From Candidatus Sumerlaeia bacterium (GTDB taxonomy: Bacteria; Sumerlaeota; Sumerlaeia; SLMS01; JANRJK01), in contig JANRJK010000036.1 of assembly GCA_033764015.1 (NCBI GenBank), positions 96,001 to 160,000 on the forward strand: DNA of 64,000 nt, read 5' to 3'. A program made the translations under genes and the position numbers. The number at the start of each line of letters is the position of its first letter. Position 1 is the first letter of the stretch. The notes beneath the pieces were generated by a model. It saw only the letters and a list, made by a program, of their open reading frames with translations. It did no database searches and was not told where the DNA came from. Positions 1 through 7,996 of this stretch are shown here, in pieces.

Positions 1-2
1 AC

Positions 3-2222
3 GCGATCGCGATCGCCGACGAGTTCTACCGCCGCCTCGACTCACTGCGCGCCGCGCTGCCGGACGACATCAAGTTGGACCTGGGATACGATTTCACGCG
101 GTTCGTCCGGAGGTCGGTGGTCGAGGTGGAGGAGACCGCGACGCTGGCGTTCCTGCTGGTGATCGCGATCATCTTCCTGTTCCTGCGCGATTGGCGCTCG
201 ACGCTGATCCCCGCGATCGCGATCCCGGTCAGCATCGTGGCGTCGTTCTTCATCATGTACGTCGCCGGGTTCACGATCAACATCCTCACGCTGGTGGCGG
301 TGGTGCTGTCGATCGGCCTGGTATGCGACGACGCCATCGTGGTCCTGGAGAACATCTACGCGAAGATCGAACAGGGCCTGAGCCCGCTGCGGGCGGCGCT
401 GGAGGGTTCGCGGGAGATCTACTTCGCCGTCGTGGCGACGACGATCACGCTGGTGGCGGTGTTCATGCCGGTGATCTTCCTGCAGGGACTGACCGGGCGG
501 CTGTTCCGCGAGTTCGGCGTGGTGATCGCGGGCTCGGTCCTCGCCTCCGCGTTCATCGCGCTTTCGCTGTCGCCCATGATGTGCCGGCTGCTGCTCCGCC
601 CCGCCGGCCAGGAGGGCCTGCTGTACCGCGCCACGGAGCCGCTCTTCACCGGGCTCACGGCGGGCTACCGCTTCCTGCTGCGCGGCTGGATGCGCGCGGG
701 CTCGCTGCTGACGCTGCCGGTGCTGGGGGCCTCCGCGGTCGCAATCGTCTACGCCTACTCGACGCTCTCGCAGGAGCTGGCGCCGGTCGAGGACCGCTCG
801 AACATCCGCGTGAACCTCCGCGCGCCCGAGGGGGCGTCGTACGACTTCACCTCGCACGAGACGGATCGAGTGGCGGCGCACATCGAGGACGCCTACGCGG
901 ACGAGGTGCACCGCGTGTTCGCCCTCACGGGGCGCGGCGCGGTGAACCAGTCATCCGTGAACGTCTACTTGAAGGAGCCGGAGGAGCGCGCCCGCACGGC
1001 GGACCAGGTGTTGGCCGACATCTCGCGCGACATGGCCGACTTCACCGGGGTGCGGGCGGCGCCGTCGGTGCCCCCGACGATCGGCGACCGCCGCGGCGGC
1101 CAGCCGGTCCAGTTCGTGATCCAGGCGCCCTCGCTCGAGGCGATGACGGAGGTGCTCCCCAAGTTCCTCGACGCCGCCTCGGCGAAGCCGGCGCTGCGCT
1201 TCGTCGACTCGGACCTGAAGGTGAACCGCCCGCAGATCCGCCTCGAGATCGACCGCAAGCGCGCCGCGGAGCTCGGCGTCTCGGTGTTCGACGTTGCGCG
1301 CACGCTGCAGCTCGCCATGGCGGACCGGCGGTTCGGCTACTTCTTGCGCGACGGGCGCCAGTACCAGGTGATCGGGCAGCTCGGGCGCCAGGACCGCAAC
1401 GACCCGAGCGACCTCGAACGCCTCTTCATCCGCGCCTCGACCGGCGAGATGATCCCGCTCAACTCGCTGGTGACCGCGACGGAGACGGTCTCGCCGGCGG
1501 CGATCTTCCGCCACAACCGCTTCGTCTCGGCCACGATCTCGGCGGGCCTCGCGCCGGGGGCCGCGCTCGGCGACGGCATCGCGGCGATGGAGGAGGTGGC
1601 CGAAGCGGTGCTCCCGCCGGGCTTCGGCACCGATCTGGCCGGGCAGTCGAAGGACTTCGCCGAAAGCTCCTCGACGCTGCTCTACGCGTTCATCCTCGCG
1701 CTGCTCCTCGTGTACCTGGTGCTCGCGGCGCAGTTCGAGAGCTGGGTCGATCCGCTGGTGATCCTGACCACGGTGCCGCTGTCGCTCGCGGGCGCGCTGC
1801 TGTCGCTGAGCCATTTCGGGATGACGCTCAACATCTTCAGCCAGATCGGCATGATCATGCTGGTGGGGCTGGTGACGAAGAACGGCATCCTGATCGTGGA
1901 GTTCGCGAACCAGCGCAAGGCGGCGGGCCTCTCGGTGCGCGAGGCGGTGCTGCAGGCGGCCGTGGCCAGGTTGCGGCCGATCCTGATGACGAGCCTGTCG
2001 ACGATCCTCGGCGTGCTGCCGATCGCGCTGGCGCTGGGCGCGGCCTCGAGCAGCCGCCAGTCGCTCGGCGTCGCCGTGGTCGGCGGGCTTGTGCTGAGCA
2101 CCGTGCTGACGCTCTTCGTGGTGCCGGCGGTGTACGCCTTCCTGTCCCGGGAGCGGACGCCGGACGGGGAGGAAGACGCCGCGGAAGCGCCCTCCGGTGC
2201 CCGCGAGGCGGCGGCGGTCTAG
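3..2222 (+). CDS. RND efflux transporter permease subunit (AcrB/AcrD/AcrF family), 5'-truncated by window edge
   Basis: Frame is open from the window start. Motifs GLVCDDAIVVLENI, GRLFREFG, ALSLSPMMC, LAAQFES, KNGILIVEFANQ and RLRPILMTS, with the RND transmembrane pattern. Confidence 0.95.
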   Translation, partial: AIAIADEFYRRLDSLRAALPDDIKLDLGYDFTRFVRRSVVEVEETATLAFLLVIAIIFLFLRDWRSTLIPAIAIPVSIVASFFIMYVAGFTINILTLVAVVLSIGLVCDDAIVVLENIYAKIEQGLSPLRAALEGSREIYFAVVATTITLVAVFMPVIFLQGLTGRLFREFGVVIAGSVLASAFIALSLSPMMCRLLLRPAGQEGLLYRATEPLFTGLTAGYRFLLRGWMRAGSLLTLPVLGASAVAIVYAYSTLSQELAPVEDRSNIRVNLRAPEGASYDFTSHETDRVAAHIEDAYADEVHRVFALTGRGAVNQSSVNVYLKEPEERARTADQVLADISRDMADFTGVRAAPSVPPTIGDRRGGQPVQFVIQAPSLEAMTEVLPKFLDAASAKPALRFVDSDLKVNRPQIRLEIDRKRAAELGVSVFDVARTLQLAMADRRFGYFLRDGRQYQVIGQLGRQDRNDPSDLERLFIRASTGEMIPLNSLVTATETVSPAAIFRHNRFVSATISAGLAPGAALGDGIAAMEEVAEAVLPPGFGTDLAGQSKDFAESSSTLLYAFILALLLVYLVLAAQFESWVDPLVILTTVPLSLAGALLSLSHFGMTLNIFSQIGMIMLVGLVTKNGILIVEFANQRKAAGLSVREAVLQAAVARLRPILMTSLSTILGVLPIALALGAASSSRQSLGVAVVGGLVLSTVLTLFVVPAVYAFLSRERTPDGEEDAAEAPSGAREAAAV

Positions 2223-2261
2223 GCCCCCGGGACACCGGGGCCGGGCGCATCCCCGCCGCCA

Positions 2262-2291
2262 TTGACGCGGGGGCGCCGGAGGGCGCACCCT
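2262..2291 (+). promoter_or_regulatory. Putative sigma70-type promoter for the PilB/GspE gene
   Basis: TTGACG (2262-2267), 18-nt spacer, CACCCT (2286-2291), 40 nt upstream of ATG 2332. Confidence 0.4.
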
Positions 2292-2331
2292 GTTGCGACT
2301 CAAATTCCGACTAGGCGCGCGGGGACAGACC

Positions 2332-4068
2332 ATGGCGACCAAGATGGACAAGAAGCTGGGCGACATGCTGGTGAAGGACGGCATCATCTCGGCGGAAGCG
2401 CTCGAGAACGCCGTCAAGGAGCAGGAGCGCACCAAGGGCGCGCTCGGGCAGCTCCTCATCGACATGGGCTTCACGACCGAGTGGCAGATGGCCGCCGCGC
2501 TCGGCAAGCAGCTCAACGTCCCCTTCATCACGCTGGCGCACTACGACATCGACGCCGCCGTGCTCGCGACGATCCCCGCGGACCTGGTGCGCAAATACAA
2601 GATCGTGCCGGTCGACAAGACCGGCGACACGCTGATGATCGCGCTCGCGGATCCGCAGAACATCTACCTGCTCGACGAGCTCCGCATCCTCACGCGGTCG
2701 CAGATCACCCCCGTGATCTCCTTCGAGTCCGACATCCTGGAGGCGATCCGCCGCTTCTACCCGCAGAACGGCGCCGGCTCCGGCGGCGGGTTCGAGGAGA
2801 TGCTGAAGGAAGTCTCGGACATCGACATCACGAACATGAAGGAGGAACTCGACGCGGGGTCCCTCGAGGTGGTCGATGTGGAGGAGGCGCAGGGCGAGGA
2901 CCAGGAGCTGGACGACGCCCCGGTGATCCAGCTCGTGAACAAGATGGTGATGGAGGCGCTCAAGCTCGGCGCCTCGGACATCCACGTCGAGCCCTACGAG
3001 AAGGTCGTCCGCCTGCGCTACCGCATCGACGGCGTGCTGCAGGAGATGACCTCGCCGCCGAAGAAGTTCCAGAACGCGCTCGTGTCGCGCATCAAGATCA
3101 TCTCGGACCTCGACATCGCGGAGAAGCGCCTCCCGCAGGACGGCCGCTTCCGCCTGAAGGTGAACGGGCGCAACATCGACTTCCGCGTCAGCACGTGCCC
3201 GATGGTTTTCGGCGAGAAGGTTGTCATCCGTATCCTCGACCAGGGGAACCTGATGGCGCTCTCCGACCTCGGCTTCGAGCCGATCGAGATGGAGAAGCTG
3301 GAGAAGGCGATCAAGATGCCGTGGGGCATGGCGCTGATCACCGGCCCCACCGGTTCGGGCAAGTCGACGACGCTGTACTCGGCGCTCGCCTCGATCAACG
3401 ACCCGTCGAAGAACATCAGCACCTGCGAGGACCCGGTCGAATACAACCTGAAGGGGATCAACCAGGTGCCGGCGCGCGCGGACATCGGCCTAACGTTCGC
3501 CCGGGCGCTGAAGGCTTTCCTCCGCCAGGACCCGGACATCATCATGATCGGCGAAATCCGCGACCTGGAGACCGGCGAAATCGCGATCAAGGCGGCGCTC
3601 ACGGGCCACTTGGTGCTCTCGACGCTGCACACGAACGACACCGCCTCGACGATCCAGCGCATGGACAACATGGGCATCGAGCGCTTCCTGATCACGGCGG
3701 CGCTGAACCTGATCGAGGCGCAGCGACTGGTCCGCCGCGTGTGCAAGAACTGCAAGCGCGAGTACAAGCCCGAGGCGGCGCTCATGGAGACCCTCGGGAT
3801 CAAGGATCCGGAGGCCACCTTCGCCAAGGGCAGCGGCTGCGACAAGTGCCGCCACACCGGCAAGAAGGGCCGCGTCGGCTTGTACGAGATCATGTCCGTC
3901 TCGGACAACCTGCGCGACGAGATCATGAACGGCACGCCCACCAACAAGCTGAAGAAGATCGCGATGGACGAAGGCATGCGGACGCTTCGCGGCGCCGGCA
4001 TCCACAAGTGCCTGATCGGCGTCGCGGACATCGAGGACGTGCTGGGCGCGACAATGGCGGACGATTAA
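2332..4068 (+). CDS. pilB: Type IV pilus assembly / T2SS ATPase (PilB/GspE family) with N-terminal MshEN-like region
   Basis: Start at ATG 2332 (MATKMDKKLGDMLV). Motifs ASDIHVEP, EKRLPQDGRF, Walker A GPTGSGKSTT, EDPVEY, LRQDPDIIMIGEIRD, TGHLVLSTLH and CKNC...CDKC Zn motif. Confidence 0.9.
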   Translation: MATKMDKKLGDMLVKDGIISAEALENAVKEQERTKGALGQLLIDMGFTTEWQMAAALGKQLNVPFITLAHYDIDAAVLATIPADLVRKYKIVPVDKTGDTLMIALADPQNIYLLDELRILTRSQITPVISFESDILEAIRRFYPQNGAGSGGGFEEMLKEVSDIDITNMKEELDAGSLEVVDVEEAQGEDQELDDAPVIQLVNKMVMEALKLGASDIHVEPYEKVVRLRYRIDGVLQEMTSPPKKFQNALVSRIKIISDLDIAEKRLPQDGRFRLKVNGRNIDFRVSTCPMVFGEKVVIRILDQGNLMALSDLGFEPIEMEKLEKAIKMPWGMALITGPTGSGKSTTLYSALASINDPSKNISTCEDPVEYNLKGINQVPARADIGLTFARALKAFLRQDPDIIMIGEIRDLETGEIAIKAALTGHLVLSTLHTNDTASTIQRMDNMGIERFLITAALNLIEAQRLVRRVCKNCKREYKPEAALMETLGIKDPEATFAKGSGCDKCRHTGKKGRVGLYEIMSVSDNLRDEIMNGTPTNKLKKIAMDEGMRTLRGAGIHKCLIGVADIEDVLGATMADD

Positions 4069-4086
4069 CTTTTTTCGTCCGGCGAC

Positions 4087-4113
4087 GCACCACTGGGCGC
4101 CGGACGGCGTCTA
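4087..4113 (+). promoter_or_regulatory. Possible ECF-type (autoregulatory) promoter
   Basis: GCACCA (4087-4092) and CGTCTA (4108-4113) resemble the AAC/CGT ECF promoter pattern and lie about 50 nt upstream of the ECF sigma gene. Confidence 0.35.
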
Positions 4114-4162
4114 GCGTGTCCGTGGGGGGCGACACCAGCCCCCCTCCAGGGATACGGAAGCC

Positions 4163-5632
4163 ATGACGACACACCGCCTCGATCCCCAACCCCGCGACGC
4201 CGAGCTGGTCGCGCGGGCGCGGCAGGGAGACCAGGGGGCCTACGGGCTCCTCGTGGAGCGGCACTTCGGCGCCGCCTTCGCGGTCGCCCTCGCCGCCCTG
4301 CGCAACCACGAGTCCGCCGAGGACCTTGCGCAGGAGGTCTTCCTCCGCGCCTGGCTCCACCTCGGGCGCCTCCGCGACGCGGATTCCTTCGCCGCCTGGA
4401 CGGTCCGCATGGCGCGGAACCTCGCGGCGTCGCGGTTGCGGAGCGGCGAGCGGCGGTCGCGGATCGCGAGGATGGTCCCGATGGACGAGACGGTGGCGGA
4501 GACGGTGCGGGACGGTTCGCCGGACGCGGCGCTGCTCGCGGCGGGGTCGGAGGAGTCGCAGGCGCTCGCCGCCGCGCTGGCGAAGCTGCCCGCTCGGGAC
4601 CGCGAGCTGGTGCTGCTGCACTTCCAGCAGGAGCGCAGCCAGCGCGAGATCGCGGCCCGGCTGGGCGAGCACCACACCACGGTGGGGCGGCGCCTGGCGA
4701 AGGCGCTCGACTCGCTGCGGGGCCTGCTCGGCGAGGCGTTCGACGCGCGGCGCGCGGCGGCGCACCGGCCGGCGGCCGCGTCGCGGGCGATGGCGCTGGT
4801 CGCGGCCGCCGCCACCATGGAGCCGGCGGCCCGCGCGGCGCTCGCCAAGGCGGCGGAGCAGTCGCTACCGGGCTTCGTCCTCGAGGGGCATGTCGCGCCC
4901 GCGTGGCTCGCGTGGCTTCCCAAGTCCCTGCACCCCCTGGCGGGAGATCTCGCCGCAGGAGTTCTGGCAATGGGCGCAGGAAACAAAGTAGTGGCGGCGG
5001 TGGCCGTGGCGGCGCTGCTCGGCGGCGGCGGCTATCTGATGTCGGATTCGACGGGCGGCGCCCCTGCGGAGCCGGCGGGGGCGTCCGCGCAGGCGGGCAC
5101 ACCGGCGCGGGTCCCCTCGCGCGAGATCGCCTACGCGGTCGGCACGGAGATTTCCGATCTGTACCGCTTCGGCGAGACCGCCCGTATGACGTTCTCGAAT
5201 GCTCCGGAGCAGATCAGGGGGGAGTATCCGGAGGAGGTGCTCATCACGGCGCTTCCGGGGCAGGGGCTCGAGATTTTATCCAGGCAAGGTGGCGAGGTGA
5301 ACACGGAGATGTTCGTCCCCGGCACCTTGGGACCGGATGGCCTTCCGCCGGGGTGCCTGATGCAGGTCTGGCCCGACGGGAACCTCTTCCATGTGCGCGT
5401 GGTCGCCATCAAGGAAGTGCCCGATGGCTACCGCATGACGATCTGGTCGGCGCAACGCCCCGACTTGATCCCGGAAACGACGGAGCTGGCGCTGAAGTTC
5501 CAGCGCGGAGAAGTCTCATTCGACCAGCTCAAGCGCGACGCTTGGAAGCTGTTCGACGACCGGGGGCTGGTGCCCTGCAACCCCGAACTCGCGGAGTCCT
5601 TCCGCGCGATGCACGCCGCTTGGAGGCGCTAA
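4163..5632 (+). CDS. ECF sigma-70 factor fused to a transmembrane helix and a C-terminal extracytoplasmic domain
   Basis: Region 2 (AEDLAQEVFLRAW, FAAWTVRMARN) and region 4 (LPARDRELVLLHFQQERSQREIAARLG...TVGRRL), then an Ala-rich linker, a hydrophobic segment KVVAAVAVAALLGGGGYLM and about 190 further residues. Confidence 0.88.
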   Translation: MTTHRLDPQPRDAELVARARQGDQGAYGLLVERHFGAAFAVALAALRNHESAEDLAQEVFLRAWLHLGRLRDADSFAAWTVRMARNLAASRLRSGERRSRIARMVPMDETVAETVRDGSPDAALLAAGSEESQALAAALAKLPARDRELVLLHFQQERSQREIAARLGEHHTTVGRRLAKALDSLRGLLGEAFDARRAAAHRPAAASRAMALVAAAATMEPAARAALAKAAEQSLPGFVLEGHVAPAWLAWLPKSLHPLAGDLAAGVLAMGAGNKVVAAVAVAALLGGGGYLMSDSTGGAPAEPAGASAQAGTPARVPSREIAYAVGTEISDLYRFGETARMTFSNAPEQIRGEYPEEVLITALPGQGLEILSRQGGEVNTEMFVPGTLGPDGLPPGCLMQVWPDGNLFHVRVVAIKEVPDGYRMTIWSAQRPDLIPETTELALKFQRGEVSFDQLKRDAWKLFDDRGLVPCNPELAESFRAMHAAWRR

Positions 5633-5633
5633 G

Positions 5634-6245
5634 ATGACAACCCGCCGCAACGCATTCACCCTGATCGAGCTCCTCGTGGTCGTCGCGGTCATCGCGATCC
5701 TGGCGGCCATCGCGGTGCCGAACTTCCTCGAGGCGCAGGTGCGCTCGAAGGTCTCCCGGGTCCATGCGGACCTGCGGACACTGGCGACGGCGATCGAGTC
5801 CTACAGTGTGGACGCGGGCCGTCCGCCCTTCGACGGCCTCCAGGGATTCGCGCACCGGGGCTGGGCGACCTCGCTCGGGCGCATGACGACGCCGGTGGCC
5901 TACATCACCTCCGTCCCCGGCGACATCTTTCAGGACCAGAACGTCCCCGACACCATGGTCCCCGGCGAGTCGCACTTCATCGACACGCCCGGCGGCACGC
6001 ACAGCTACGACTACTCGACCGCCGAGTGGGAAGGCGTGCCGACCGACACCGCGGCCGCGGACCTCTGGAACCGCAACTTCCGCGGCAGCGCTTGGAAGCT
6101 GACCAGCGCGGGGCCCGACCTCGCGTTCCAGAACGACGGCAGCTTCTACGGGTTCGCCGAGATCTACGATCCCACGAATGGGTCGACGAGCTTGGGAGAC
6201 ATCGTGAGGACGCAGGGCGGCGCACGGGGGGGCGGGGTCCGCTAA
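5634..6245 (+). CDS. Prepilin-type N-terminal cleavage/methylation domain protein (pilin/pseudopilin-like)
   Basis: RRNA|FTLIELLVVVAVIAILAAIAVPNF class III signal peptide with E5. C-terminal SAGPD...YDPTNGSTSLGDI. Starts 1 nt after the sigma stop codon. Confidence 0.9.
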   Translation: MTTRRNAFTLIELLVVVAVIAILAAIAVPNFLEAQVRSKVSRVHADLRTLATAIESYSVDAGRPPFDGLQGFAHRGWATSLGRMTTPVAYITSVPGDIFQDQNVPDTMVPGESHFIDTPGGTHSYDYSTAEWEGVPTDTAAADLWNRNFRGSAWKLTSAGPDLAFQNDGSFYGFAEIYDPTNGSTSLGDIVRTQGGARGGGVR

Positions 6246-6267
6246 GCGGGGAGCGGGACCGGAACGC

Positions 6268-6297
6268 GGGCGGGAATGCGGCTTGCCATTCCCGCCC
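6268..6297. terminator. GC-rich hairpin after the pilin gene (no U-tract; possible terminator or processing stem)
   Basis: GGGCGGGAATG-cggcttgc-CATTCCCGCCC perfect 11-bp inverted repeat. Confidence 0.4.
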
Positions 6298-6312
6298 TCC
6301 ACCGGCTATTCT
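6283..6312 (+). promoter_or_regulatory. Putative sigma70 promoter
   Basis: TTGCCA (6283-6288), N18, TATTCT (6307-6312), followed by RBS AAGGAG and ATG 6356. Confidence 0.55.
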
Positions 6313-6355
6313 CGCAGCACAACAAAAGTTTCGACAACTTCCAAGGAGCGCCCCC

Positions 6356-7948
6356 ATGTCGATGCGCACCACCGCCGCCGCGTTGGCGGCCGCAGCGATC
6401 ACCACCGGGGCGGGCGCCGCGCCGTTCGCGTGGCTTCCCGGCTCGTCCCAGGACACCCCCGAAACGGGGAACAGCATGACGGTCGTGGACCTCGAAACGA
6501 TGCTGGTCCTTGGAAGCTGGAACTTCCTCGCTGGCAACGAAGGCGCGGACCCGCTGGTCCCCGCGTTCTCGCCGGACGGCTCGCGCGCCTACGTGCTCGT
6601 CGGCGGCGACGCGGACGACGACCCCGCCGGGCGCCTGTTCGTCTACGACACGGAGCAGGTGTACGCGGCGCTCGCCGGCGGCGGCGCGCCCACCCCGCTA
6701 CAGACGATCGTCTACGACGTGTTGCCAGGCGAAACGGCGACCATTGAACCCGTCGCGGCGACACTGTCGCCCGACGGTTCGCGCCTCTACGTCGTCGAGG
6801 GCCGCAACGAGCTGCTGCACTGCTACAACGTCGCGATGGACGGCACGCTGGCGCCGCTGGTCCAGGTTCCGACCGACTCGAACCCGGGGCCGCTTTGGAT
6901 CAGCCCCGACGGCGATACGGGCTTCTTCACCAACACGACCTTCTTCCGGGTGAACCGGGTGGGCTTGTCCGGCACGCCGACGATCCTGAACGCGCTCGAC
7001 ATCACGCCCCCCGCGCGCTTCGACGGCTTGGCGCAGCCGATCACCAACGGCGGCATCCCGTTCGCGCAGGGCGACAACCTGACCGCGGTGCCGGTCCCGG
7101 GCGGAACGCCGACCTCGAACGAGTTCTGGTTCATCGCCGGCTACTTCGGCTTCCGTGTCTTCGTCGATATTCCGTTCATCGGCGGGCCGCTGACCGTGCG
7201 CGGCAACTACGACCTTTACCGCTGGAACTCGAACTCGGCCTCGCCCACCAGCTTCGCCGCCGTCACCTCCACGACGAACGAGGTGGCATTTCCGCCCACG
7301 ATCAACGTCTACCGGTCGGAGGGCGGCACCACCACCGGCTCGATCACCGGCGGGCGCACCCTTCGGACGGACTTCAACATCGAGGAGACCGTCCCCCAAG
7401 AGGCGTCGCCGAACCACATGCTCACCTACGCTTTGTGGGACAAGGCGACGGACGCGCTCATCTACGGTTCCGTCGCGATCCCGAAGGTGACCGCCGCGAA
7501 CTTCGACCTGAACAACTTCGTCTACACTCCTCAGGTGCAGACGTCGAACATCTACCGCCACACGGTCTCATCCGCGCGCACGATCACTGCGCAGAACGTG
7601 GGAACGGTGCAGCGGTTCTCGACGGTGCCGCTGGGCTTCGCGGGCGGATCGGTGATCTTCGCGGGCAACGACGTTGTGAGTTCGCCGGGCTTCAACCCGG
7701 GCCTCGCGGCGCCGCCGCGCAACACGCAGATCATCAAGCTGAACCCGGCGGACAACACGGTCCAAACGCTGACGCTGGACGTCGTCGCAGGCGCCGCGGC
7801 GATCTCGCCCGCACCCGCCGGACCGCCACCGCCGACGCCGACCGAGGTGGCCGACGCGCTCCTCGGCGCCTCCGCGCCCACCGCCGCGATGGACCTGAAC
7901 GCCGACGGCGCCATCGACGCGGCCGACGCCGTGTTCGGCACGCCGTAA
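6356..7948 (+). CDS. Secreted beta-propeller (YncE/YVTN-like) protein with C-terminal dockerin/EF-hand-like tail
   Basis: RBS AAGGAG at 6343-6348. Signal peptide MSMRTTAAALAAAAITTGAGA. Blade motifs FSPDGSRAYV, LSPDGSRLYV and ISPDGDTGFF. Pro linker, then DLNADGAIDAADAV. Confidence 0.75.
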   Translation: MSMRTTAAALAAAAITTGAGAAPFAWLPGSSQDTPETGNSMTVVDLETMLVLGSWNFLAGNEGADPLVPAFSPDGSRAYVLVGGDADDDPAGRLFVYDTEQVYAALAGGGAPTPLQTIVYDVLPGETATIEPVAATLSPDGSRLYVVEGRNELLHCYNVAMDGTLAPLVQVPTDSNPGPLWISPDGDTGFFTNTTFFRVNRVGLSGTPTILNALDITPPARFDGLAQPITNGGIPFAQGDNLTAVPVPGGTPTSNEFWFIAGYFGFRVFVDIPFIGGPLTVRGNYDLYRWNSNSASPTSFAAVTSTTNEVAFPPTINVYRSEGGTTTGSITGGRTLRTDFNIEETVPQEASPNHMLTYALWDKATDALIYGSVAIPKVTAANFDLNNFVYTPQVQTSNIYRHTVSSARTITAQNVGTVQRFSTVPLGFAGGSVIFAGNDVVSSPGFNPGLAAPPRNTQIIKLNPADNTVQTLTLDVVAGAAAISPAPAGPPPPTPTEVADALLGASAPTAAMDLNADGAIDAADAVFGTP

Positions 7949-7996
7949 GCATCCCCGGGGGCGGCCCGCCAGACACGTCGCCTCCGGGATCCTCGC

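Noticed and set aside
4069..4106. T-run plus hairpin after pilB as an intrinsic terminator
   Set aside because: The T-run precedes the stem on the plus strand, the wrong order for termination on either strand.
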